DNA of 64,000 nucleotides from positions 13,901-77,900 of IMG/VR virus record IMGVR_UViG_3300012931_000667; one strand, given 5' to 3'. The position numbers and the translations under genes were made by a program. The stretch is from a virus. Of the stretch, positions 1 to 12,100 are shown in pieces; position 1 is the first letter of the stretch; each line of letters begins with the position of its first letter. The notes under the pieces were generated by a model. It did not search any database. It was not told the DNA's origin and saw only the letters and a list, made by a program, of their open reading frames with translations.

Positions 1-585
1 CTTTTTTAAAAATACTGTTTTTCTTCTATTCCAATCTTTGTATTTATTATATTGCTTATGATATTTAATGGGTAGATTTATTTGTATAGCTCGATGTTTA
101 TTCTCATAAAAATAAGGTAATTTTAATCCTACAAATTCATTAAATTCTTTAGAATCAGTACTAAAATTAAATTGACGTTCATCTATAGGAATAGTAATAT
201 TTTTTAATTGTATTTTAATTCTTTTCATATAGTTTATATTTAGTTCACTAAATTTTTTATTAGTAAATTGACTATGAATTCCTTTTTTAATAAAAATAGC
301 ATACAATTTTTGATATTTCTTAAATGTTCTGTTTTTAGTATATTTTAAATTACTTCTTATTATTTCAGAAGCTTGTTTATATAATATTGATTTATAGTGA
401 GAATGACTCAATCTAATTGTAGGTAATTCTTTACAGGATAATAATTTTTTAAAAGGTAAATTACCATTAAGAATTAATTTAATATATTCAGTTAAATCAC
501 TATTATAATCAGTATATAGTTTTTCAAGTAAAGCTAACTTTTGAGTATTACTAAATTTAAGTGTTACTTTACTTGACCTTACCAT
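1..585 (-). CDS. N-terminal 195 aa of a probable TnpB/IS200-IS605-type (Cas12f-like) protein; truncated by window edge
   Basis: Not in the ORF track because its stop lies outside the window. Open frame from ATG at 585: MVRSSKVTLKFSNTQKLALLEKLY...YKQASEIIRS...INLPIKYHKQYNKYKDWNRRK, which resembles phage TnpB N-termini. RuvC and Zn-finger parts not visible. Confidence 0.55.
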   Translation of the reverse strand, partial: MVRSSKVTLKFSNTQKLALLEKLYTDYNSDLTEYIKLILNGNLPFKKLLSCKELPTIRLSHSHYKSILYKQASEIIRSNLKYTKNRTFKKYQKLYAIFIKKGIHSQFTNKKFSELNINYMKRIKIQLKNITIPIDERQFNFSTDSKEFNEFVGLKLPYFYENKHRAIQINLPIKYHKQYNKYKDWNRRKTVFLKK

Positions 586-767
586 ATCCTTAAATCCTTA
601 TTACTATATAGTTAAAAACTTTTATATTAACCCTTTTTTCTATACTTTACTATTTTTTACTATAAAATCAATAAACTATCTGTATCCTCTAATATCTACC
701 ATCATTTAATTATTATTATCATAATATAAAATATTTTAGTATTTCACTCTTGATTTTAGTGTCCATA

Positions 768-1469
768 CTACCATCCTATTTCTTTAGAAATTGTAGGAGT
801 CATACCGCCAAAGGATTGAAATCTAACCATAAAATAATCTGATAATTCTTTAGTAATGAATATTTCATCACCAGCAGGAGAAAACCTATAATAATATGCT
901 AATTGATAATGATTCATACTATCAATTTTAGTTTTTAGTTCATTAATTCTTTCTATAGTCATTATATATACCATTTATCATAATTTAATTCTTCAATTTT
1001 ATTTTGAAGACCTAGATTGTTTATAAATTCTTGAATACCTTTAGGATTCCTATCAAAATCCCAAAAATTACCTTCAAAAATACATTTACCATCTTTACAT
1101 ATTCTCATCATTTCACATTTGGAATCATAAATTATATCAATCATTTTAATATTTCTCTTTCTTGATCTCTATAGTAACAGGTTTATCAGATTCAAAAATA
1201 ACTTTACCATCTACTATTACTTTTGATAATTCTCTTTCTTTATACATACTAATAACATCAGTAAATAAATAATTATTAAAATCAGTAATTAAGTAAGGAG
1301 TACCTTTACCTTCAAAATAACCAACACAAAATACTTCTTTTCTTTCAAAAAGATTTGCATATTGACTACTAACATCAACTCTAGGTGCTAATCCTTGTGA
1401 TAAATATTTATAAATTTCAGGATGACAGTTAAGATAATTCTTAATATTTACAGTTTCAACTTCTTTCAT
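768..1469 (-). other. three small hypothetical phage ORFs (768-974, 962-1144, 1146-1469)
   Basis: Tightly packed same-strand ORFs, no recognisable motifs. Confidence 0.6.
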
Positions 1470-1499
1470 AGTATACCCCTTTTATTTCTAATAAAAAAT

Positions 1500-1527
1500 A
1501 TTATACATAAATTACTAATTTTGTCAA
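1500..1527 (-). promoter_or_regulatory. sigma70-type promoter at the 3' end of the GIY-YIG gene
   Basis: TTGACA (1527-1522), 16 nt spacer, TATAAT (1505-1500), upstream of ORF starting at 1469. Confidence 0.6.
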
Positions 1528-1530
1528 TAG

Positions 1531-2313
1531 TTATCCTTCATAATACATCCAATGAAATCCACCAGCTTTATTTATTTCTCCTCTACAACAAGCTCCAATA
1601 CTTGTTCTATTAACTTTTGTTATTTTTGAAGCTTCATGTATAGATTCATAAACAATATTAGTTTCAATATATAAAACTTTTTTTGAGTTCACATTCAAGT
1701 TCCCTCTTTTACCATACATATGATTTTTTTCACCTAATTGTGCTATAGACATTTTATCTTTATGTTCTTTAGTAAATTTTTTACCTTTTCTTAATATACT
1801 CATTTTTGTTTTTGTTTCTTCTGAAGCTTTTTTTCCTAATTTTGTTTTTCTCATTTTTTCTTTAGATTTTTCAGTATGACTTCTTCCTAACCATATTTTA
1901 TTTCCTTTTTTAATTCTTCTTAAATTGTCTTTAACTTTTTCTGATCTTGGTTTCCCTAATTTTGATAAACTTATTTTTAATTTTGCTTCTTCAGTTAAAC
2001 CTCCATTAGTACCTCCTTCTTTCATATTGTACCCATATTCTTTATTTAGTGTCTTATAGAAACTAATGTAGAAACATTCCAAAATATTTAGAATTAATTG
2101 ATCTTTTCTATTTATGTTTGATAATATCTCAAATTTAAAATTATCTTTTCCATAAGTAATCCAAGATTTTTGTAGATGTTTATTATAATGCTTATTATTA
2201 TTTAATAATTTTTTATGATCTTTCCATCTATTATCAATATTTATGCTTTGACCTATATACTTTTTATTATTAATTAAATTAGTAATACAGTAAATCCCAA
2301 TAATTTTTTCCAT
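1531..2313 (-). CDS. free-standing GIY-YIG homing endonuclease with NUMOD3/NUMOD1-type DNA-binding repeats
   Basis: GIYCITN...KYIGQS..R, E and GYN catalytic motifs; HTEKSKEKM repeats; C-terminal YESIHEAS...CC...AGGFHW. Confidence 0.92.
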   Translation of the reverse strand: MEKIIGIYCITNLINNKKYIGQSINIDNRWKDHKKLLNNNKHYNKHLQKSWITYGKDNFKFEILSNINRKDQLILNILECFYISFYKTLNKEYGYNMKEGGTNGGLTEEAKLKISLSKLGKPRSEKVKDNLRRIKKGNKIWLGRSHTEKSKEKMRKTKLGKKASEETKTKMSILRKGKKFTKEHKDKMSIAQLGEKNHMYGKRGNLNVNSKKVLYIETNIVYESIHEASKITKVNRTSIGACCRGEINKAGGFHWMYYEG

Positions 2314-2429
2314 TATTTTTCCCTTTTAAGTGGTTCCCGCCACTAATACAAATAGTTAAAAAATTAAAAGAGTTAGCTTAAAATTATTAATTTCGAGCAA
2401 CAGGCGGGAACCTGCTGTCCTCTTCTAAT
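2314..2429 (-). ncRNA. structured leader copy A (three-way junction + SD-proximal hairpin, kissing loops UUCCCG/CGGGAA)
   Basis: GAAGAG-GA-CAGCAGG[TTCCCG]CCTGTTG-CTCGAAATT[AAT]AATTTTAAG-CTAA-CTCTTT..TAACTAT..AGTGG[CGGGAA]CCACT-TAAAAGGG..ATG; three homologous covarying copies elsewhere in the window. Confidence 0.85.
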
Positions 2430-5042
2430 TTATAAAGTTTTATCAATATTATTAAAGGAAATTCCCTCCATTCCTAAAAATCCTGCTACTAATCTTTTAG
2501 TTACTAGTTGTCTTTTATGAATAAAAGAACTTAAAATTAAATCCCCTAGTTCATTTTCTTGTATTGCTAATAATCTTTTCATTTTTGTTTGTCTTTTACA
2601 AATTACATTAAAATTTTTATTTTCATACATGTCAATACCATAAATTAGTAATAAATAATCTTTTCCTCTTACTTTAAGAGAAGGCTGTATCATATATCCA
2701 TTTTGAGCATATTGCCTTTGTACTAATGGTTTAAATACAAAACCTTCACCACCATTTTCAGTATACTCTATCCATGAACTAATACAATTATTTATTGATT
2801 TAGGATCATTAAGATTTACATGAATAGACTCTACACATTTAAACTTATCATTTTCAATTGATCGAATGTATCCTAATTTTTCAATGTTGTCAAGTTCTTT
2901 CCCTAATATCCAATCATACTTATTACCAACTTTATCCCCTAATGCTAATATATTAAATACTCTGCAATATGGTTCTTCTTCTGCAATATAATTCTGTAAT
3001 GACTGCATATATTTATCTACATTAATTAATCCATTAACATCTTTTTTAATTGTTCTATCTATAGTAGCACATTCTCCTATACCTTGGAACTTATTTCTAA
3101 TTAACCATTTTCCTTTTAATGACCATGGCATCATTTCAGTATCAAGTATAGTAACGTCATATTCTAATTGATCTACTATTGAATCATAGAATTCTTGATC
3201 CATACTATCATCATCAAAAAATTTATTACCATTACGAGTATTAATATAAATCAATTTATCCATATTAAAATCTTTAGCTATATCTAATGATTTAAATAGT
3301 AATATATGTGCTCGACTACCCATGTACTTCTTTTCTGCTACAAGTTCAGTTATTCCCCTTGATCTATAATAATCAAAAACTGTAGTAGGGTATTCTAGAT
3401 AATCATTATGATCCTTACTAAAGTCTACAGGAGGAACAGTAGGAGCAATATAAAATATATTAGCACTATTAGTAAGGAATGCTCGATTAGAGTATCCATT
3501 AGAAATCTCTTTACCCTCTATGATATAATCACTAACAGGTAAATATATTTGAGAATGAAAACTAGATGTTTTATAACTAAAAGGTAACTTTCTATTAGGA
3601 TCAGAATTAGCAATTACAGCTAATATAGATGGAGTATCATAATAAGGTACTCCACATCCAGGCATATTTGCTCCATCAAGAATCCAACTATGAATAATAC
3701 TTTCTTTTTTATCTTCTGCTAGTTCAATTCCAGCATAACTAATTTCATATTTATTTTTTTCAAAATAACTACTAACTTCACTTTTGAATTGATCCCATGT
3801 AAACTCTATTTTATGCCCTTTATCCCTATAACCATTATTTCCTTGAATCTTTCCACTATCAAATAATTTTGAATTGTAATCATAATTAGGAGTAGTTAAT
3901 ATTATTACTTTAGGATTAATTACATTTATAATAAAATCCATTAATTGTTTTCTTTCATGGTCATCAAAATGCTCTATGATTTCAGATAACAATACAATAT
4001 CTATAGATTGTGGTAGTATTGATACATTAGGATATAGTAAATTCATTTGATAAAAATGAATATGCTTAAATTTATCTAATCCTCTTCCTGCTTTTTCTGA
4101 TGCATCATAAGCATAGATATCAAAAGGAATATTTTCATCTTTTAATTTATCATTTATCATTACTGATAATCTACCATTAGCACAACCATAATCAATAATA
4201 TTTAAATGTTCTGTTACTACTTGTTTTTCTTTTTGCATTAAACTGTAGTACATTACTACCTGATCACTAATCCATTTATGTCGTAATTGATGTAATGTAG
4301 TAAAATCAATATATAGTTGTTCCTTTACTACCTCTTGATCATCATCAATATCAATTACTGATTCTATAAATTTTTTCTCTAATGACTTATTACTTCTGCA
4401 TAATGTACGAATAATATTTTTAGTATAACTATTATCACTTTCTAACCATTGACACATTTTGATATACTTATCTATTTGTTCATCAGAAATAGGAAACATA
4501 TTATAATTAAAAGTAGAGTATAAACAAATCATAAATACTTTCTGTAATGCTACCTGTAATGTACTTTTAATGGTTAGATGTAATCCATAAGCTACATCAA
4601 AATTATCATATGTTTTAAATACATTAAAACCTAATGAACTAAAGACATTATGAATATCTCCAAAATCACATAAAAATGGTCCTATATCAAAACATATATA
4701 CCTTTCTCTAATGGATTCATCTTTAAGAACTGTACCCTTATTCATAAAATTAATAATTTCATCTTTATAATTATTAGTAAAAGCAGAACGTAAACACTCA
4801 TAGATTGAATTTAAAAAATATGGAGTAACCCCATATAACTGATATGAATTATATACTTCTTCATTTCTTTCTTTTAGTGTAGGAAGTAATTCAGTGAAAC
4901 TTAAATTAGAAGTAATACTATACACATTTCCTAAGTATTCTCCTCTTATTTTATTTTTATCATAAATTGATCCTGGCTTTTTGCATAAAAGGTATGAGAA
5001 TATTGAATCATTTTCCTCACCAGAATAAATATTAAAAAACAT
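2430..5042 (-). CDS. Hen1-type RNA 2'-O-methyltransferase fused to a Pnkp-type RNA ligase domain
   Basis: Hen1 N-domain-like FSYLLCKKP; MTase motifs IIDYGCANG, SEIIEHF, TTPNYDYN, YRDKGHKIEFT. Pnkp ligase motifs YIAPTVPP, LEYP..FDYY...G...EKKYMGSRA, EGFVFKP, QPSLKVRGKDYL.LIYG. Confidence 0.88.
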   Translation of the reverse strand: MFFNIYSGEENDSIFSYLLCKKPGSIYDKNKIRGEYLGNVYSITSNLSFTELLPTLKERNEEVYNSYQLYGVTPYFLNSIYECLRSAFTNNYKDEIINFMNKGTVLKDESIRERYICFDIGPFLCDFGDIHNVFSSLGFNVFKTYDNFDVAYGLHLTIKSTLQVALQKVFMICLYSTFNYNMFPISDEQIDKYIKMCQWLESDNSYTKNIIRTLCRSNKSLEKKFIESVIDIDDDQEVVKEQLYIDFTTLHQLRHKWISDQVVMYYSLMQKEKQVVTEHLNIIDYGCANGRLSVMINDKLKDENIPFDIYAYDASEKAGRGLDKFKHIHFYQMNLLYPNVSILPQSIDIVLLSEIIEHFDDHERKQLMDFIINVINPKVIILTTPNYDYNSKLFDSGKIQGNNGYRDKGHKIEFTWDQFKSEVSSYFEKNKYEISYAGIELAEDKKESIIHSWILDGANMPGCGVPYYDTPSILAVIANSDPNRKLPFSYKTSSFHSQIYLPVSDYIIEGKEISNGYSNRAFLTNSANIFYIAPTVPPVDFSKDHNDYLEYPTTVFDYYRSRGITELVAEKKYMGSRAHILLFKSLDIAKDFNMDKLIYINTRNGNKFFDDDSMDQEFYDSIVDQLEYDVTILDTEMMPWSLKGKWLIRNKFQGIGECATIDRTIKKDVNGLINVDKYMQSLQNYIAEEEPYCRVFNILALGDKVGNKYDWILGKELDNIEKLGYIRSIENDKFKCVESIHVNLNDPKSINNCISSWIEYTENGGEGFVFKPLVQRQYAQNGYMIQPSLKVRGKDYLLLIYGIDMYENKNFNVICKRQTKMKRLLAIQENELGDLILSSFIHKRQLVTKRLVAGFLGMEGISFNNIDKTL

Positions 5043-5055
5043 ATGTTACCTACCT

Positions 5056-5499
5056 TTAATTTAAGTATGATAATGGAAATCTTGATATAATAGAATATAG
5101 ATTAGGAGTTACATAATCTTTAGCTTCTTCCATAGTAACATACATAAAATTATCAACTTCTGGACTATTACTATTATCAATAAGGGAATTACATTTTAAA
5201 CTAGATGTAGAAAGTAACCAATTAGAACTATTGTTAGGATTCCAAAATTTTAATTCATATAAAACTAAGAATTTACCCCTAGTATAAGAATGAATACCTA
5301 AAAAATTAATAGAAGAATCATATATATGTCTATTAATATTTGTTTCTTCATATAATTCTCGTGAAGCACATTCTAAATAACTTTCATTATCTTCTTTTAT
5401 ACCTTTTGGGATATCCCACCTAGAAGGATTAGAATTAGTTACATGACAAATTAAGAATTTTTTGGTATCGTGTACTAAAGTTCCACATGTATAGATCAT
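5056..5499 (-). CDS. Nudix hydrolase
   Basis: Nudix box WDIPKGIKEDNESYLECASRELYEETN. Confidence 0.9.
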   Translation of the reverse strand: MIYTCGTLVHDTKKFLICHVTNSNPSRWDIPKGIKEDNESYLECASRELYEETNINRHIYDSSINFLGIHSYTRGKFLVLYELKFWNPNNSSNWLLSTSSLKCNSLIDNSNSPEVDNFMYVTMEEAKDYVTPNLYSIISRFPLSYLN

Positions 5500-5550
5500 A
5501 ATACCTTCTTTATTAAAAATATTTATTGAATTGTATCAGAAATAATTAGT

Positions 5551-6102
5551 CTAGTCTAGTCCATAGGTTTTGATCTTATTAGCAATACCATATTTTATAC
5601 AATCTTTAGCTGTAAAATATTTTTCCTCATATTTTAATTTTATATCTAACATTGATTTAGGTATTCTAGTTTCTTTTTCATATATTGATTTCATAGAGTT
5701 ATTAAATTTAATAGCATAGTCAAGATCATCTTCACTATCACCAAGTTTAGGATCATCATTAGAAGTTCCATGACAAGAATGTATTAAAAATAATGATGAT
5801 GGTGATACATATCTATTTTCTCCTGCTAGATAAAGTAATGTACTAGCAGAACAACAATACCCATTTATGTATGTATTTACTGTTATAGGACAAGTTTTAA
5901 TATAGTCATAAGCTCCACATGGATCACCACCTAGTGAGTCTATCACTATATTTATTTCATCAAAATCTCTCATAGCAATTATTTCCATCATATATAATTG
6001 TAAATGATAAAAGGATACTCTATCTAATTCATCATAGAAAAAGATAGTATTATCTTTTTTATATACTGATATTAGTTCTTCTTTTGATGATCGATCAGCC
6101 AT
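5551..6102 (-). CDS. ClpP-like serine protease
   Basis: IDSLGG, GYCCSASTLLYLAG (catalytic Ser), FLIH (His), YFTAKDCIKYGI. Confidence 0.85.
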   Translation of the reverse strand: MADRSSKEELISVYKKDNTIFFYDELDRVSFYHLQLYMMEIIAMRDFDEINIVIDSLGGDPCGAYDYIKTCPITVNTYINGYCCSASTLLYLAGENRYVSPSSLFLIHSCHGTSNDDPKLGDSEDDLDYAIKFNNSMKSIYEKETRIPKSMLDIKLKYEEKYFTAKDCIKYGIANKIKTYGLD

Positions 6103-6113
6103 AACAATAATAG

Positions 6114-9100
6114 TTAATCAAATTTAATTTCTGATAACTTTATATTTTTCATTTGTTCATCCCTATATTCTTTTGTACAATTTTGACTATAAGTAGGAAT
6201 CTCTAGGTTTAATCTTAATATTTTATTTTGATATTCTTTTGTTTCTTCTAATAGTATACCTTGTAAGTATTCTTTTAATTTTTCTTTAGCAAAATTAATA
6301 TTAAAAGTATATATACTTAAACTATCTATAGACCAACTATACACTCCTTTTTGAATAATATCTAACTGATTTATTGGCAATCGTTTACTACCATTAATAA
6401 TATAATTTTTTTCAGTTTTCTTAACATCTAACTTTTCTATAAAATAATGATAATCATGTTTTTCATAAGGATAATATAAATTAACACAATAAATATAATT
6501 TTCTTCCATTAGATTTTCCTTTATATAGAGTAATTATGAAAAATATTTCTTCTTACCCATCGTTTAAATTCTTTATAATCATAATATAATGTTTTTATTG
6601 TAAATCTTTTTTTAATAATAAGATTCCATATGTTATCTTGTTCACTTCTACATTTTTTCTTACTTATAATTTGATATGTATTTATCCATTGATTTCTACT
6701 TCCCCAAGGAACAACAAAAGAATATTCTTCATGTTCTATTTTAACAGTAGGATCATTTACATTATTTTCATAAATTAAATTGTCATATTCTATAGAAACA
6801 TGAGTAATATCAGGACTTCTTATTAATCTGTCAATAACTTTTTTTGTTATTGTATTATCCCCTAATGGGAAATATAATAATTTATCTAAATCTTCTATTG
6901 AAATAATGAATTTATTAACAATTAAATTTTGTGATAATATATAACTATCAACATATTCTTTTGAAAAACAATTATATAGTATCCAATATTCCTTATCTAA
7001 AAACCAACAAAGACTTCTAATATTTTCAATAGGAATAATTATACTTTCACAATTTTCTAATATTAATTTTACTTTAATTATCTTTTTTGTAATATACATT
7101 ATTTACTATCCTTTTGTGGTTTAATAATTCCCCATTCTGTACCATTATAATTAAAATCAATCAATAATTTTTGTGATGTAGCATTAATTTCTATATGTTT
7201 AACTTCAATTTCTTTACCATTAATTTTTGATTCATCCATTATAGTACCATCATTTCTTATAGCCCCACAATAACAATTGCGTAAATCTTGTTTACATCTA
7301 TTATAAACAATAAAATTACAATTAGGACATTTATAAGCAGTAACAGTCATACTCATATACTTTCCCCTATACCAAAATCTTTATACATCTTATGTAATGG
7401 ACATAAATTAGGATTACAGTTTCCTTCTACATCTTCTTCATTACTTCTATGATTACAGTATACTAACACAGGATCAATTTTATCACCATCATCAGGTTCA
7501 AATTGACCAATAAAATATTCACAATCTTGTCCAAAATAAGTAAAACGTTTATAGCTACCTACTAATTTACCATCATCACTATCAAAATAATGTGCCCACA
7601 TAATTTCTTTATTATTCTTTAAGTAGTTCATTGTATAATCCCAAGAAGAATCATCAAAATCATATTGATAATTTGAATCAAAGTTTGATCCATACCTATG
7701 AGTATGATATATCATTGTGTACTTTTTCATATATTATTTACCTTAATTCATAAATAGTATTTAATGTTTCACACTTATTATTAGTAAAATCAATATTTAA
7801 TATTTTAGAAGATTCTAAATGATGACCACTTTCTATTCGAGGATGCCTTACACAAGTTCCTACTAACATACAAAAATCAGTAATATGCATTATGTCCCAG
7901 TCTTTAATTACAGCTATCGGTTTTTGTACATATTCTTGAACAATCTCACCAGTAGTACTATTAATTATTTTAAACCATTTAATTTCTATTAATTTTTTAA
8001 GGTTATCAATATAGTGTTCTCTAAATTCGATATCATTCATATTTTCTTGAATTACTGAATTCATAGCACTATTAAATCTTATTAATATACAATTATCATA
8101 CATTATATTTACTCCTTATCATCATCAAAATATTTATCAAAATCTTTCCAATCAAATCCAAATTTATTAGCCATATTTTCAATATCAACTTTAGCATCTT
8201 TAGCATTATTTATTATAGTTTCTTTATAACCTTTATTACTAAAAATTGATTGAAACAATGTATTTGCTCCTAGTATAAAGATTTCATATAGTAGGTTATG
8301 TACTCCATCTTCACCATCTTTATATGTAGACTTCTTTATACCAAATTCATATTTACTCTGCATTTCCTTAAACCATATTCCATAGTCTGTAGCTTCTTTT
8401 GGGTATAATTTACATCCTTCTTCAGCTTGCCTATATACATACCAAAAATTAGATAGAAAATTTTGTAAATCAGTTTCAATTTCTTGTTTATTCATTTAAA
8501 TCCAACCTAATTGTTTTGATGCATAGTACATAATGTACAATCCACCAAAGAAAGGAAGTATTTTTAGTAGAAATATATTATAAAATTTAGAAGCTCTAAT
8601 AAAAAAATTTTGAGCAACAAAGTAACAACCTACAATAAAAAGTGCTGATGCCATATTCATATAATCCTCCTATAAAGTATTAAGGCTTAAATTCATCATC
8701 AGATATTTCATCCAATACCCACATTAAAGCTTCTTGTACTCCTTGTTCATAAGTCATAGAAGGATATTTACTTTCTTCTGTTTCTAAATTTAATAAGATA
8801 TCATTAATATCTTTTTCTGTTTTCATACTATAACTCCTTCATTGCTAATTGGTAATCTTTAAAGTACTGACTACCTTTTTCATCATAACACATTGTACAT
8901 ACATATCCAAAATCGATTATGACCTTTAGTGTAGGTTCTTTTTTACTATTACATATTTTACAAGGAGTATTCCTATTATCATTATTAATGAATACTCCCA
9001 TTTTACTTTGTCCTTTTATTTCTGTATTTCTCCATATAGATTTTTCTGTTTATATCAATTTTACTAATTTCAATAACTACTAGTAATCCTAAAACTACAA

Positions 9101-12100
9101 TAGGACTCTCATATTTATCATGAAAATGTTTTATTGTCAAGCCTAATCCAAGTTCATGTCTATTCTTCCCCCACTTTAACCCAAAGCCTAATATAGGGAA
9201 AATTACAGCATTATCACTATAGGTTTCTATATATTTATTTTTCATTTAGTAGTATCCCTAATAAATCAAATCTTATTGCACTTCTAAATGAAGGAATTTC
9301 TTGTTGATTATTAATATAATTATCCATAACAAATTTATGGAACAAATCACAAAAAGTTTTATGATCATCAACAAACTTTTGAGTTAAAGTAATCCCTTCT
9401 AGTATTACTTCAATTCCCATTAACCCTATTGAAAGAAATTGATCTTTAGACAATGACACAATATAGTTTAAACAATCTTCTATTTGCTCACTATTTATAT
9501 AATTACCTATTTTTTTAATTATATCCCATGCTTCATCAGATATATTATCATAAGTATGCATTAATTATTTTCCTTTCTTGTTAACACTTTTAATATATTA
9601 TCAACTTTTTTATCTATCTGTACATTACTTCCCATAGGCCAATATTCTTTTAGTAATAGGGATATTGTAAGTTTTAAGTCATTCTCATCAATAATGATCA
9701 TTTTTCTTCTACTTCTTCTTCTAACACTTCTATAGTAATCTTTATTCTTCTACCCTTATAGTTATTTTCAATAAAATTATCAATATTATCATCATCTATA
9801 TAAAGTCCTTTATCTACATCTGACCAATTACCATATGGATTTCTTCTTACTAATCCATCTAAAGTAGTACTACCAAATTTATAAATAATACTCATTTAGG
9901 ATAATCCTCCTATCCTATTAATTCTACCCAACAATTCTTTTTACCATTCCATTCACCATCTAATGATGCATCTGCCCAACTATACAAATTTTTCATTGCA
10001 TCATCAAAGTTTTCTATTTCACTACCATCATCATTTGATGAAGTAGCAATAATATTAAAATCATCAATAAGAAATTGAATATCTTCATTTAATTTATTAG
10101 GATCAAAAACACTTAGTTTATCAATTAGTACTTTAGCTAATTGTTGAACTGTTATTTCATGGTTTTTGCATTGTTTCCATTCAATACTAATATCTAATTT
10201 TCTAACCCATTGTGCCATTTTATTTACTCCTTTACTTCTTCATAATTAAAGTTTTCATTACCATATTCACCTAGATACCATACTTTATTTAATTCTTTTA
10301 CCTTACTTTCAGCTTCTTTTAAATTATATAAAGTTGCATCTTTTTTATTTATATAACCTCCATTTGTTCTTTCCCATTCACCTTCTTGATAATACCTTTT
10401 ATCCCAACCAATTTCATCACAAGTATCTTTATATATTCTATACTTTTTCATTTACCTTCTCCTTATCTCTTAATTAAATATTCTAATTCTACTATTAATG
10501 CTTCATTTCTTTCATATGCTGTAGAATGATGATTAGGATACCTAGTATACAGATTAGGAGAATAAATTATATTATTCATCATACCATAAATTCCCCACCA
10601 ATACTGTATATCAGGATATCTCTTATTATACTCTGGATCACCATTTACAAATCCATATTTTTTAAGTATATTATCAATATAATCATAAATAGGTGTAGAC
10701 CATTCTTTTAGTCCATCATAAAAACCTTGATGCGAAGCTGTAGATCGTAAACTATAGCAAATTGATAATAGCCCTTGTACATCTTTTATAGCATTATTAG
10801 AAACATTTACTATTTTCTTTGTTTCGTTAGTATCATACATATAACTCATTTAAATATTTCCTTTCCTAATATCACTTTCATTTTTTTCATAATCCATTTA
10901 TTTTTCACATCTTCTAGATATTTATCATAATCATTACCCATTTTTATATAAAAATAATATTCAATACTACTACTGATTTCAGTTAAATAACTATCAGGTA
11001 ACTCTAGTATTAACTCAAATCTTAATCCTTTTCTATATCCATGAAAGTTATCACCATCATAAATAGATATATTTGCTATCAATTTATCATCATAAATATA
11101 GTTTATACTTATACAATTATTATCAAAAGTAGACCAGGTATCAATAATAGTATAATCTATGGGAGATTCCCAATCATAGATATCCTCTTCATGCTTTTTC
11201 TCAAGTATTATAGCATTATTATTTTTTAGTAATTCTACTATTGTGCTAATGTTATTCCAATTATTAGAATCCTTGTATTGAATAGGAGCAAAAGTAAGCA
11301 TTTTTTTCAGAGTAAGAATGTCAATCTTTTTATCTTCCATATAATTTCCCCTTATTTATTTCTATTAATTTCTACAGCACAATCATTACCACCAAAATAA
11401 GAATAAAACACCTGCTTATTATTAATAGAAACTGTCACTCTGCCACCATCATAAAAAAATCCTAAATAATTTATTTTATCTGGTAAATTAATACTTTTTT
11501 CTTCATTATAACAATCATCTTTCCAATTATTAAAAATTAGTTTACTATTCCCATTTTCTTCTTCATTAACTTTTTCCCATGATATAGAGTTTTCATTATG
11601 AATTATTTTATATATATCCCATTTTTTATGCATGGTGTCTCTATATTGTTTAGCACCTTCTAATGAAAATGTAGAAGCATACATAAAAGTAGTATCAGAA
11701 GGATATCCACCTGATGTCTCATCAATACGAATAAAATAATTAGTAGCAGAATCTTTTAATATATACTTATCTTCCATATTATTTTTCTCCTTTACCAAAT
11801 ATGTTCAGAAAATAAACAAGGATGCCAATTTTCTTTTACTATTTCTATTCCTTTTATTTTTGTGTAATTTTCATTCCATTTTTGTTCTGAACATTGATTA
11901 TAATTGAAAGCTTCATAGTATGCTTCTTCTCTAGTTAAAAACTGTAGACTATCATTAATAAACCCTTGTATACAATCTATATGTAATTTTTGTACTACTT
12001 CCCATTCTACACCAGCTTTTCTGTATAGGTCTATTAAATTCTTAAAACAAGCTGAATGATTATTTCCTACAAAAACTCTACTATCTACTAATTTAATTGC

